Shown here in pieces: positions 41,501 through 55,150 of a stretch of 64,000 nt of DNA. Each line of letters begins with the position of its first letter. The first letter of the stretch is position 1. The translations under genes were made by a program, and so were the position numbers. The DNA lies in NCBI GenBank assembly GCA_964057225.1, contig OZ059896.1, positions 19,282,001-19,346,000 of the forward strand. Reading direction: 5' to 3'. The notes beneath the pieces were generated by a model. It ran no database searches and was not told the DNA's origin. It worked only from the letters and a program-made list of their open reading frames with translations. Source of the stretch: Auanema rhodensis (lineage: Eukaryota > Animalia > Nematoda).

Positions 41501-44500
41501 ATTAGTGTATGTTGAGTTTCCATGTACACTCAACATTGCTTCCAAAAACATTTTGACAAAAATTTTTTCGAAAAATTTCAAAATAATTTAGCAAAAAGTA
41601 GATGTTTTTAGATTCCTTTTTTTAAGGCAAAGACGATGGACAATGTTATTCAACGAAAAAATTAATTCTTCAGGGTGAAAATCGAGGATATAAGTGTGAA
41701 CTTATACCAGTTGATATCTCGGTGCATTTTTAAGCTAGCGCAAATCTGATAACACAGATCGACGCAGCTTAAAAATCCGCATCGAATGCACTATACTACA
41801 TTGAGAAACGCTCAATACAAAAATTAGTTATGATCGTTTGAAAAATGATGCATTAGTGTATGTTGAGTTTCCATGTACACTCAACATTGCTTCCAAAAAC
41901 ATTTTGACAAAAATTTTTTCGAAGAATTTCAAAATAATTTAGCAAAATGTAGATGTTTTTAGATTCCTTTTTTCAAGGCAAAGACGATGGACAATGTTAT
42001 TCAACGAAAAAATTAATTCTTCAGGGTGAAAATCGAGGATATAAGTGTGAACTTATATCAGTTGATATCTCGGTGCATTTTTAAGCTAGCGCAAATCTCA
42101 TAACACAGATCGACGCAGCTTAAAAATCCGCATCGAATGCACTATACTACATTGAGAAACGCTCAATACAAAAATTAGTTATGATCGTTTGAAAAATGAT
42201 GCATTAGTGTATGTTGAGTTTCCATGTACACTCAACATTGCTTCCAAAAACATTTTGACAAAAATTTTTTCGAAAAATTTCAAAATAATTTAGCAAAAAG
42301 TAGATGTTTTTAGATTCCTTTTTTCAAGGCAAAGACGATGGACAATGTTATTCAACGAAAAAATTAATTCTTCAGGGTGAAAATCGAGGATATAAGTGTG
42401 AACTTATACCAGTTGATATCCCGGTGCATTTTTAAGCTAGCGCAAATCTGATAACACAGATCGACGCAGCTTAAAAATCCGCATCGAATGCACTATACTA
42501 CATTGAGAAACGCTCAATACAAAAATTAGTTATGATCGTTTGAAAAATGATGCATTAGTGTATGTTGAGTTTCCATGTACACTCAACATTGCTTCCAAAA
42601 ACATTTTGACAAAAATTTTTTCGAAGAATTTCAAAATAATTTAGCAAAATGTAGATGTTTTTAGATTCCTTTTTTCAAGGCAAAGACGATGGACAATGTT
42701 ATTCAACGAAAAAATTAATTCTTCAGGGTGAAAATCGAGGATATAAGTGTGAACTTATATCAGTTGATATCTCGGTGCATTTTTAAGCTAGCGCAAATCT
42801 GATAACACAGATCGACGCAGCTTAAAAATCCGCATCGAATGCACTTTACTACATTGAGAAACGCTTAATACAAAAATTAGTTATGATCGTTTGAAAAATG
42901 ATGCATTAGTGTATGTTGAGTTTCCATGTACACTCAACATTGCTTCCAAAAACATTTTGACAAAAATTTTTTCGTAAAATTTCAAAATAATTTAGCAAAA
43001 AGTAGATGTTTTTAGATTCCTTTTTTCAAGGCAAAGACGATGGACAATGTTATTCAACGAAAAAATTATTTCTTCAGGGTGAAAATCGAGGATATAAGTG
43101 TGAACTTATATCAGTTGATATCTCGGTCCATTTTTAAGCTAGCGCAAATCTGATAACACAGATCGACGCAGCTTAAAAATCCGCATCGAATGCACTATAC
43201 TACATTGAGAAACGCTTAATACAAGAATTAGTTATGATCGTTTGAAAAATGATGCATTAGTGTATGTTGAGTTTCCATGTACACTCAACATTGCTTCCAA
43301 AAACATTTTGACAAAAATTTTTTCGAAAAATTTCAAAATAATTTAGCAAAAAGTAGATGTTTTTAGATTCCTTTTTTCAAGGCAAAGACGATGGACAATG
43401 TTATTCAACGAAAAAATTATTTCTTCAGGGTGAAAATCGAGGATATAAGTGTGAACTTATATCAGTTGATATATCGGTGCATTTTTAAGCTAGCGCAAAT
43501 CTGATAACACAGATCGACGCAGCTTAAAATACCGCATCGAATGCACTATACTACATTGAGAAACGCTTAATACAAAAATTAGTTATGATCGTTTGAAAAA
43601 TGATGCATTAGTGTATGTTGAGTTTCCATGTACACTCAACATTGATTCCAAAAACATTTTGACAAAAATTTTTTCGAAAAATTTCAAAATAATTTAGCAA
43701 AAAGTAGATGTTTTTAGATTCCTTTTTTCAAGGCAAAGACGATGGACAATGTTATTCAACGAAAAAATTAATTCTTCAGGGTGAAAATCGAGGATATAAG
43801 TGTGAACTTATACCAGTTGATATCTCGGTGCATTTTTAAGCTAGCGCAAATCTGATAACACAGATCGACGCAGCTTAAAAATCCGCATCGAATGCACTAT
43901 ACTACATTGAGAAACGCTCAATACAAAAATTAGTTATGATCGTTTGAAAAATGATGCATTAGTGTATGTTGAGTTTCCATGTACACTCAACATTGCTTCC
44001 AAAAACATTTTGACAAAAATTTTTTCAAAGAATTTCAAAATAATTTAGCAAAATGTAGATGTTTTTAGATTCCTTTTTTCAAGGCAAAGACGATGGACAA
44101 TGTTATTCAACGAAAAAATTAATTCTTCAGGGTGAAAATCGAGGATATAAGTGTGAACTTATATCAGTTGATATCTCGGTGCATTTTTAAGCTAGCGCAA
44201 ATCTCATAACACAGATCGACGCAGCTTAAAAATCCGCATCGAATGCACTATACTACATTGAGAAACGCTTAATACAAAAATTAGTTATGATCGTTTGAAA
44301 AATGATGCATTAGTGTATGTTGAGTTTCCATGTACACTCAACATTGCTTCCAAAAACATTTTGACAAAAATTTTTTCGAAAAATTTCAAAATAATTTAGC
44401 AAAAAGTAGATGTTTTTAGATTCCTTTTTTCAAGGCAAAGACGATGGACAATGTTATTCAACGAAAAAATTAATTCTTCAGGGTGAAAATCGAGGATATA

Positions 44501-45985
44501 AGTGTGAACTTATACCAGTTGATATCTCGGTGCATTTTTAAGCTAGCGCAAATCTGATAACACAGATCGACGCAGCTTAAAAATCCGCATCGAATGCACT
44601 ATACTACATTGAGAAACGCTCAATACAAAAATTAGTTATGATCGTTTGAAAAATGATGCATTAGTGTATGTTGAGTTTCCATGTACACTCAACATTGCTT
44701 CCAAAAACATTTTGACAAAAATTTTTTCGAAAAATTTCAAAATAATTTAGCAAAAAGTAGATGTTTTTAGATTCCTTTTTTCAAGGCAAAGACGATGGAC
44801 AATGTTATTCAACGAAAAAATTAATTCTTCAGGGTGAAAATCGAGGATATAAGTGTGAACTTATATCAGTTGATATATCGGTGCATTTTTAAGCTAGCGC
44901 AAATCTGATAACACAGATCGACGCAGCTTAAAATACCGCATCGAATGCACTATACTACATTGAGAAACGCTTAATACAAAAATTAGTTATGATCGTTTGA
45001 AAAATGATGCATTAGTGTATGTTGAGTTTCCATGTACACTCAACATTGCTTCCAAAAACATTTTGACAAAAATTTTTTCGAAAAATTTCAAAATAATTTA
45101 GCAAAAAGTAGATGTTTTTAGATTCCTTTTTTCAAGGCAAAGACGATGGACAATGTTATTCAACGAAAAAATTAATTCTTCAGGGTGAAAATCGAGGATA
45201 TAAGTGTGAACTTATATCAGTTGATATCTCGGTGCATTTTTAAGCTAGCGCAAATCTGATAACACAGATCGACGCAGCTTAGAAATCCGCATCGAATGCA
45301 CTATACTACATTGAGAAACGCTTAATACAAAAATTAGTTATGATCGTTTGAAAAATGATGCATTAGTGTATGTTGAGTTTCCATGTACACTCAACATTGC
45401 TTCCAAAAACATTTTGACAAAAATTTTTTCGAAAAATTTCAAAATAATTTAGCAAAAAGTAGATGTTTTTGGATTCCTTTTTTCAAGGCAAAGACGATGG
45501 ACAATGTTATTCAACGAAAAAATTAATTCTTCAGGGTGAAAATCGAGGATATAAGTGTGAACTTATATCAGTTGATATCTCGGTGCATTTTTAAGCTAGC
45601 GCAAATCTGATAACACAGATCGACGCAGCTTAAAAATCCGCATCGAATGCACTATACTACATTGAGAAACGCTTAATACAAGAATTAGTTATGATCGTTT
45701 GAAAAATGATGCATTAGTGTATGTTGAGTTTCCATGTACACTCAACATTGCTTCCAAAAACATTTTGACAAAAATTTTTTCGAAAAATTTCAAAATAATT
45801 TAGCAAAAAGTAGATGTTTTTGGATTCCTTTTTTCAAGGCAAAGACGATGGACAATGTTATTCAACGAAAAAATTAATTCTTCAGGGTGAAAATCGAGGA
45901 TATAAGTGTGAACTTATATCAGTTGATATATCGGTGCATTTTTAAGCTAGCGCAAATCTGATAACACAGATCGACGCAGCTTAAA
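29541..45985 (+). repeat. Copy 2 of the ~17.5-kb duplication; boundaries approximate
   Basis: Monomer-by-monomer variant order matches copy 1, including the two 350-bp monomers (16846/34394 and 17898/35446). The match starts inside monomer 29480 (partner 11932) and is lost at monomer 45975 (aaaaatcc, versus aaaatacc at 28778). Confidence 0.92.
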
Positions 45986-48114
45986 AATCCGCATCGAATG
46001 CACTATACTACATTGAGAAACGCTTAATACAAAAATTAGTTATGATCGTTTGAAAAATGATGCATTAGTGTATGTTGAGTTTCCATGTACACTCAACATT
46101 GCTTCCAAAAACATTTTGACAAAAATTTTTTCGAAAAATTTCAAAATAATTTAGCAAAAAGTAGATGTTTTTGGATTCCTTTTTTCAAGGCAAAGACGAT
46201 GGACAATGTTATTCAACGAAAAAATTAATTCTTTAGGGTGAAAATCGAGGATATAAGTGTGAACTTATATAAGTTGATATCTCGGTGCATTTTTAAGCTA
46301 GCGCAAATCTGATAACACAGATCGACGCAGCTTAAAAATCCGCATCGAATGCACTATACTACATTGAGAAACGCTTAATACAAGAATTAGTTATGATCGT
46401 TTGAAAAATGATGCATTAGTGTATGTTGAGTTTCCATGTACACTCAACATTGCTTCCAAAAACATTTTGACAAAAATTTTTTCGAAAAATTTCAAAATAA
46501 TTTAGCAAAAAGTAGATGTTTTTAGATTCCTTTTTTCAAGGCAAAGACGATGGACAATGTTATTCAACGAAAAAATTATTTCTTCAGGGTGAAAATCGAG
46601 GATATAAGTGTGAACTTATATCAGTTGATATCTCGGTGCATTTTTAAGCTAGCGCAAATCTGATAACACAGATCGACGCAGCTTAAAAATCCGCATCGAA
46701 TGCACTATACTACATTGAGAAACGCTCAATACAAAAATTAGTTATGATCGTTTGAAAAATGATGCATTAGTGTATGTTGAGTTTCCATGTACACTCAACA
46801 TTGCTTCCAAAAACATTTTGACAAAAATTTTTTCGAAGAATTTCAAAATAATTTAGCAAAATGTAGATGTTTTTAGATTTTTTTTTTCAAGGCAAAGACG
46901 ATGGACAATGTTATTCAACGAAAAAATTAATTCTTCAGGGTGAAAATCGAGGATATAAGTGTGAACTTATATCAGTTGATATCTCGGTGCATTTTTAAGC
47001 TAGCGCAAATCTGATAACACAGATCGACGCAGCTTAAAAATCCGCATCGAATGCACTATACTACATTGAGAAACGCTTAATACAAAAATTAGTTATGATC
47101 GTTTGAAAAATGATGCATTAGTGTATGTTGAGTTTCCATGTACACTCAACATTGCTTCCAAAAACATTTTGACAAAAATTTTTTCGAAAAATTTCAAAAT
47201 AATTTAGCAAAAAGTAGATGTTTTTAGATTCCTTTTTTCAAGGCAAAGACGATGGACAATGTTATTCAACGAAAAAATTAATTCTTCAGGGTGAAAATCG
47301 AGGATATAAGTGTGAACTTATACCAGTTGATATCTCGGTGCATTTTTAAGCTAGCGCAAATCTGATAACACAGATCGACGCAGCTTAAAAATCCGCATCG
47401 AATGCACTATACTACATTGAGAAACGCTCAATACAAAAATTAGTTATGATCGTTTGAAAAATGATGCATTAGTGTATGTTGAGTTTCCATGTACACTCAA
47501 CATTGCTTCCAAAAACATTTTGACAAAAATTTTTTCGAAGAATTTCAAAATAATTTAGCAAAATGTAGATGTTTTTAGATTCCTTTTTTCAAGGCAAAGA
47601 CGATGGACAATGTTATTCAACGAAAAAATTAATTCTTCAGGGTGAAAATCGAGGATATAAGTGTGAACTTATATCAGTTGATATCTCGGTGCATTTTTAA
47701 GCTAGCGCAAATCTGATAACACAGATCGACGCAGCTTAAAAATCCGCATCGAATGCACTTTACTACATTGAGAAACGCTTAATACAAAAATTAGTTATGA
47801 TCGTTTGAAAAATGATGCATTAGTGTATGTTGAGTTTCCATGTACACTCAACATTGCTTCCAAAAACATTTTGACAAAAATTTTTTCGAAAAATTTCAAA
47901 ATAATTTAGCAAAAAGTAGATGTTTTTAGATTCCTTTTTTCAAGGCAAAGACGATGGACAATGTTATTCAACGAAAAAATTAATTCTTCAGGGTGAAAAT
48001 CGAGGATATAAGTGTGAACTTATATCAGTTGATATCTCGGTGCATTTTTAAGCTAGCGCAAATCTGATAACACAGATCGACGCAGCTTAAAAATCCGCAT
48101 CGAATGCACTTTAC

Positions 48115-51100
48115 TACATTGAGAAACGCTTAATACAAAAATTAGTTATGATCGTTTGAAAAATGATGCATTAGTGTATGTTGAGTTTCCATGTACACTC
48201 AACATTGCTTCCAAAAACATTTTGACAAAAATTTTTTCGAAAAATTTCAAAATAATTTAGCAAAAAGTAGATGTTTTTAGATTCTTTTTTTCAAGGCAAA
48301 GACGATGGACAATGTTGTTCAACGAAAAAATTAATTCTTCAGGGTGAAAATCGAGGATATAAGTGTGAACTTATATCAGTTGATATCTCGGTGCATTTTT
48401 AAGCTAGCGCAAATCTGATAACACAGATCGACGCAGCTTAAAAATCCGCATCGAATGCACTATACTACATTGAGAAACGCTTAATACAAGAATTAGTTAT
48501 GATCGTTTGAAAAATGATGCATTAGTGTATGTTGAGTTTCCATGTACACTCAACATTGCTTCCAAAAACATTTTGACAAAAATTTTTTCGAAAAATTTCA
48601 AAATAATTTAGCAAAAAGTAGATGTTTTTAGATTCTTTTTTTCAAGGCAAAGACGATGGACAATGTTGTTCAACGAAAAAATTAATTCTTCAGGGTGAAA
48701 ATCGAGGATATAAGTGTGAACTTATATCAGTTGATATCTCGGTGCATTTTTAAGCTAGCGCAAATCTGATAACACAGATCGACTCAGCTTAAAAATCCGC
48801 ATCGAATGCACTATACTACATTGAGAAACGCTTAATACAAAACTTAGTTATGATCGTTTGAAAAATGATGCATTAGTGTATGTTGAGTTTCCATGTACAC
48901 TCAACATTGCTTCCAAAAACATTTTGACAAAAATTTTTTCGAAAAATTTCAAAATAATTTAGCAAAAAGTAGATGTTTTTAGATTCCTTTTTTCAAGGCA
49001 AAGACGATGGACAATGTTATTCAACGAAAAAATTAATTCTTCAGGGTGAAAATCGAGGATATAAGTGTGAACTTATATCAGTTGATATCTCGGTGCATTT
49101 TTAAGCTAGCGCAAATCTGATAACACAGATCGACGCAGCTTAAAAATCCGCATCGAATGCACTTTACTACATTGAGAAACGCTTAATACAAAAATTAGTT
49201 ATGATCGTTTGAAAAATGATGCATTAGTGTATGTTGAGTTTCCATGTACACTCAACATTGCTTCCAAAAACATTTTGACAAAAATTTTTTCGAAAAATTT
49301 CAAAATAATTTAGCAAAAAGTAGATGTTTTTAGATTCTTTTTTTCAAGGCAAAGACGATGGACAATGTTGTTCAACGAAAAAATTAATTCTTCAGGGTGA
49401 AAATCGAGGATATAAGTGTGAACTTATATCAGTTGATATCTCGGTGCATTTTTAAGCTAGCGCAAATCTGATAACACAGATCGACGCAGCTTAAAAATCC
49501 GCATCGAATGCACTATACTAAATTGAGAAACGCTCAATACAAAAATTAGTTATGATCGTTTGAAAAATGATGCATTAGTGTATGTTGAGTTTCCATGTAC
49601 ACTCAACATTGCTTCCAAAAACATTTTGACAAAAATTTTTTCGAAAAATTTCAAAATAATTTAGCAAAAAGTAGATGTTTTCAGATTTCTTTTTTCAAGG
49701 CAAAGACGATGGACAATGTTATTCAACGAAAAAATTAATTCTTCAGGGTGAAAATCGAGGATATAAGTGTAAACTTATATCAGTTGATATCTCGGTGCAT
49801 TTTTAAGCTAGCGCAAATCTGATAACACAGATCGACGCAGCTTAAAAATCCGCATCGAATGCACTATACTACATTGAGAAACGCTTAATACAAAAATTAG
49901 TTATGATCGTTTGAAAAATGATGCATTAGTGTATGTTGAGTTTCCATGTACACTCAACATTGCTTCCAAAAACATTTTGACAAAAATTTTTTCGAAAAAT
50001 TTCAAAATAATTTAGCAAAAAGTAGATGTTTTTAGATTCTTTTTTTCAAGGCAAAGACGATGGACAATGTTGTTCAACGAAAAAATTAATTCTTCAGGGT
50101 GAAAATCGAGGATATAAGTGTGAACTTATATCAGTTGATATCTCGGTGCATTTTTAAGCTAGCGCAAATCTGATAACACAGATCGACGCAGCTTAAAAAT
50201 CCGCATCGAATGCACTATACTACATTGAGAAACGCTTAATACAAGAATTAGTTATGATCGTTTGAAAAATGATGCATTAGTGTATGTTGAGTTTCCATGT
50301 ACACTCAACATTGCTTCCAAAAACATTTTGACAAAAATTTTTTCGAAAAATTTCAAAATAATTTAGCAAAAAGTAGATGTTTTTAGATTCTTTTTTTCAA
50401 GGCAAAGACGATGGACAATGTTGTTCAACGAAAAAATTAATTCTTCAGGGTGAAAATCGAGGATATAAGTGTGAACTTATATCAGTTGATATCTCGGTGC
50501 ATTTTTAAGCTAGCGCAAATCTGATAACACAGATCGACTCAGCTTAAAAATCCGCATCGAATGCACTATACTACATTGAGAAACGCTTAATACAAAACTT
50601 AGTTATGATCGTTTGAAAAATGATGCATTAGTGTATGTTGAGTTTCCATGTACACTCAACATTGCTTCCAAAAACATTTTGACAAAAATTTTTTCGAAAA
50701 ATTTCAAAATAATTTAGCAAAAAGTAGATGTTTTTAGATTCCTTTTTTCAAGGCAAAGACGATGGACAATGTTATTCAACGAAAAAATTAATTCTTCAGG
50801 GTGAAAATCGAGGATATAAGTGTGAACTTATATCAGTTGATATCTCGGTGCATTTTTAAGCTAGCGCAAATCTGATAACACAGATCGACGCAGCTTAAAA
50901 ATCCGCATCGAATGCACTTTACTACATTGAGAAACGCTTAATACAAAAATTAGTTATGATCGTTTGAAAAATGATGCATTAGTGTATGTTGAGTTTCCAT
51001 GTACACTCAACATTGCTTCCAAAAACATTTTGACAAAAATTTTTTCGAAAAATTTCAAAATAATTTAGCAAAAAGTAGATGTTTTTAGATTCTTTTTTTC

Positions 51101-54100
51101 AAGGCAAAGACGATGGACAATGTTGTTCAACGAAAAAATTAATTCTTCAGGGTGAAAATCGAGGATATAAGTGTGAACTTATATCAGTTGATATCTCGGT
51201 GCATTTTTAAGCTAGCGCAAATCTGATAACACAGATCGACGCAGCTTAAAAATCCGCATCGAATGCACTATACTAAATTGAGAAACGCTCAATACAAAAA
51301 TTAGTTATGATCGTTTGAAAAATGATGCATTAGTGTATGTTGAGTTTCCATGTACACTCAACATTGCTTCCAAAAACATTTTGACAAAAATTTTTTCGAA
51401 AAATTTCAAAATAATTTAGCAAAAAGTAGATGTTTTCAGATTTCTTTTTTCAAGGCAAAGACGATGGACAATGTTATTCAACGAAAAAATTAATTCTTCA
51501 GGGTGAAAATCGAGGATATAAGTGTAAACTTATATCAGTTGATATCTCGGTGCATTTTTAAGCTAGCGCAAATCTGATAACACAGATCGACGCAGCTTAA
51601 AAATCCGCATCGAATGCACTATACTACATTGAGAAACGCTTAATACAAAAATTAGTTATGATCGTTTGAAAAATGATGCATTAGTGTATGTTGAGTTTCC
51701 ATGTACACTCAACATTGCTTCCAAAAACATTTTGACAAAAATTTTTTCGAAAAATTTCAAAATAATTTAGCAAAAAGTAGATGTTTTTGGATTCCTTTTT
51801 TCAAGGCAAAGACGATGGACAATGTTATTCAACGAAAAAATTAATTCTTTAGGGTGAAAATCGAGGATATAAGTGTGAACTTATATAAGTTGATATCTCG
51901 GTGCATTTTTAAGCTAGCGCAAATCTGATAACACAGATCGACGCAGCTTAAAAATCCGCATCGAATGCACTATACTACATTGAGAAACGCTTAATACAAA
52001 ACTTAGTTATGATCGTTTGAAAAATGATGCATTAGTGTATGTTGAGTTTCCATGTACACTCAACATTGCTTCCAAAAACATTTTGACAAAAATTTTTTCG
52101 AAAAATTTCAAAATAATTTAGCAAAAAGTAGATGTTTTCAGATTTCTTTTTTCAAGGCAAAGACGATGGACAATGTTATTCAACGAAAAAATTAATTCTT
52201 CAGGGTGAAAATCGAGGATATAAGTGTAAACTTATATCAGTTGATATCTCGGTGCATTTTTAAGCTAGCGCAAATCTGATAACACAGATCGACGCAGCTT
52301 AAAAATCCGCATCGAATGCACTATACTACATTGAGAAACGCTTAATAAAAAAATTAGTTATGATCGTTTGAAAAATGATGCATTAGTGTATGTTGAGTTT
52401 CCATGTACACTCAACATTGCTTCCAAAAACATTTTGACAAAAATTTTTTCGAAAAATTTCAAAATAATTTAGCAAAAAGTAGATGTTTTTGGATTCCTTT
52501 TTTCAAGGCAAAGACGATGGACAATGTTATTCAACGAAAAAATTAATTCTTTAGGGTGAAAATCGAGGATATAAGTGTGAACTTATATAAGTTGATATCT
52601 CGGTGCATTTTTAAGCTAGCGCAAATCTGATAACACAGATCGACGCAGCTTAAAAATCCGCATCGAATGCACTATACTACATTGAGAAACGCTTAATACA
52701 AGAATTAGTTATGATCGTTTGAAAAATGATGCATTAGTGTATGTTGAGTTTCCATGTACACTCAACATTGCTTCCAAAAACATTTTGACAAAAATTTTTT
52801 TTCGAAAAATTTCAAAATAATTTAGCAAAAAGTAGATGTTTTTAGATTCTTTTTTTCAAGGCAAAGACGATGGACAATGTTGTTCAACGAAAAAATTAAT
52901 TCTTCAGGGTGAAAATCGAGGATATAAGTGTGAACTTATATCAGTTGATATCTCGGTGCATTTTTAAGCTAGCGCAAATCTGATAACACAGATCGACGCA
53001 GCTTAAAAATCCGCATCGAATGCACTATACTACATTGAGAAACGCTTAATACAAAACTTAGTTATGATCGTTTGAAAAATGATGCATTAGTGTATGTTGA
53101 GTTTCCATGTACACTCAACATTGCTTCCAAAAACATTTTGACAAAAATTTTTTCGAAAAATTTCAAAATAATTTAGCAAAAAGTAGATGTTTTTAGATTC
53201 CTTTTTTCAAGGCAAAGACGATGGACAATGTTATTCAACGAAAAAATTAATTCTTCAGGGTGAAAATCGAGGATATAAGTGTGAACTTATATCAGTTGAT
53301 ATCTCGGTGCATTTTTAAGCTAGCGCAAATCTGATAACACAGATCGACGCAGCTTAAAAATCCGCATCGAATGCACTTTACTACATTGAGAAACGCTTAA
53401 TACAAAAATTAGTTATGATCGTTTGAAAAATGATGCATTAGTGTATGTTGAGTTTCCATGTACACTCAACATTGCTTCCAAAAACATTTTGACAAAAATT
53501 TTTTCGAAAAATTTCAAAATAATTTAGCAAAAAGTAGATGTTTTTAGATTCTTTTTTTCAAGGCAAAGACGATGGACAATGTTGTTCAACGAAAAAATTA
53601 ATTCTTCAGGGTGAAAATCGAGGATATAAGTGTGAACTTATATCAGTTGATATCTCGGTGCATTTTTAAGCTAGCGCAAATCTGATAACACAGATCGACG
53701 CAGCTTAAAAATCCGCATCGAATGCACTATACTAAATTGAGAAACGCTCAATACAAAAATTAGTTATGATCGTTTGAAAAATGATGCATTAGTGTATGTT
53801 GAGTTTCCATGTACACTCAACATTGCTTCCAAAAACATTTTGACAAAAATTTTTTCGAAAAATTTCAAAATAATTTAGCAAAAAGTAGATGTTTTCAGAT
53901 TTCTTTTTTCAAGGCAAAGACGATGGACAATGTTATTCAACGAAAAAATTAATTCTTCAGGGTGAAAATCGAGGATATAAGTGTAAACTTATATCAGTTG
54001 ATATCTCGGTGCATTTTTAAGCTAGCGCAAATCTGATAACACAGATCGACGCAGCTTAAAAATCCGCATCGAATGCACTATACTACATTGAGAAACGCTT

Positions 54101-55150
54101 AATACAAAAATTAGTTATGATCGTTTGAAAAATGATGCATTAGTGTATGTTGAGTTTCCATGTACACTCAACATTGCTTCCAAAAACATTTTGACAAAAA
54201 TTTTTTCGAAAAATTTCAAAATAATTTAGCAAAAAGTAGATGTTTTTGGATTCCTTTTTTCAAGGCAAAGACGATGGACAATGTTATTCAACGAAAAAAT
54301 TAATTCTTTAGGGTGAAAATCGAGGATATAAGTGTGAACTTATATAAGTTGATATCTCGGTGCATTTTTAAGCTAGCGCAAATCTGATAACACAGATCGA
54401 CGCAGCTTAAAAATCCGCATCGAATGCACTATACTACATTGAGAAACGCTTAATACAAAACTTAGTTATGATCGTTTGAAAAATGATGCATTAGTGTATG
54501 TTGAGTTTCCATGTACACTCAACATTGCTTCCAAAAACATTTTGACAAAAATTTTTTCGAAAAATTTCAAAATAATTTAGCAAAAAGTAGATGTTTTCAG
54601 ATTTCTTTTTTCAAGGCAAAGACGATGGACAATGTTATTCAACGAAAAAATTAATTCTTCAGGGTGAAAATCGAGGATATAAGTGTAAACTTATATCAGT
54701 TGATATCTCGGTGCATTTTTAAGCTAGCGCAAATCTGATCACACAGATCGACGCAGCTTAAAAATCCGCATCGAATGCACTATACTACATTGAGAAACGC
54801 TTAATAAAAAAATTAGTTATGATCGTTTGAAAAATGATGCATTAGTGTATGTTGAGTTTCCATGTACACTCAACATTGCTTCCAAAAACATTTTGACAAA
54901 AATTTTTTCGAAAAATTTCAAAATAATTTAGCAAAAAGTAGATGTTTTTGGATTCCTTTTTTCAAGGCAAAGACGATGGACAATGTTATTCAACGAAAAA
55001 ATTAATTCTTTAGGGTGAAAATCGAGGATATAAGTGTGAACTTATATAAGTTGATATCTCGGTGCATTTTTAAGCTAGCGCAAATCTGATAACACAGATC
55101 GACGCAGCTTAAAAATCCGCATCGAATGCACTATACTACATTGAGAAACG
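48115..55150 (+). repeat. Overlapping pentamer (1755-bp) and heptamer (2459-bp) duplications
   Basis: gacTcag at 48784/50539 (offset 1755); tactaAatt at 49521/51276/53735 (offsets 1755 and 2459); taataAaaa at 52348/54807 (offset 2459 = 7x351+2). Confidence 0.87.

Noticed and set aside
52795-52802. 2-bp insertion (T8 instead of T6) as a meaningful event
   Set aside because: It is a singleton homopolymer length change, absent from the partner monomer at 50187, and could be slippage or a consensus error. I used it only for register bookkeeping.
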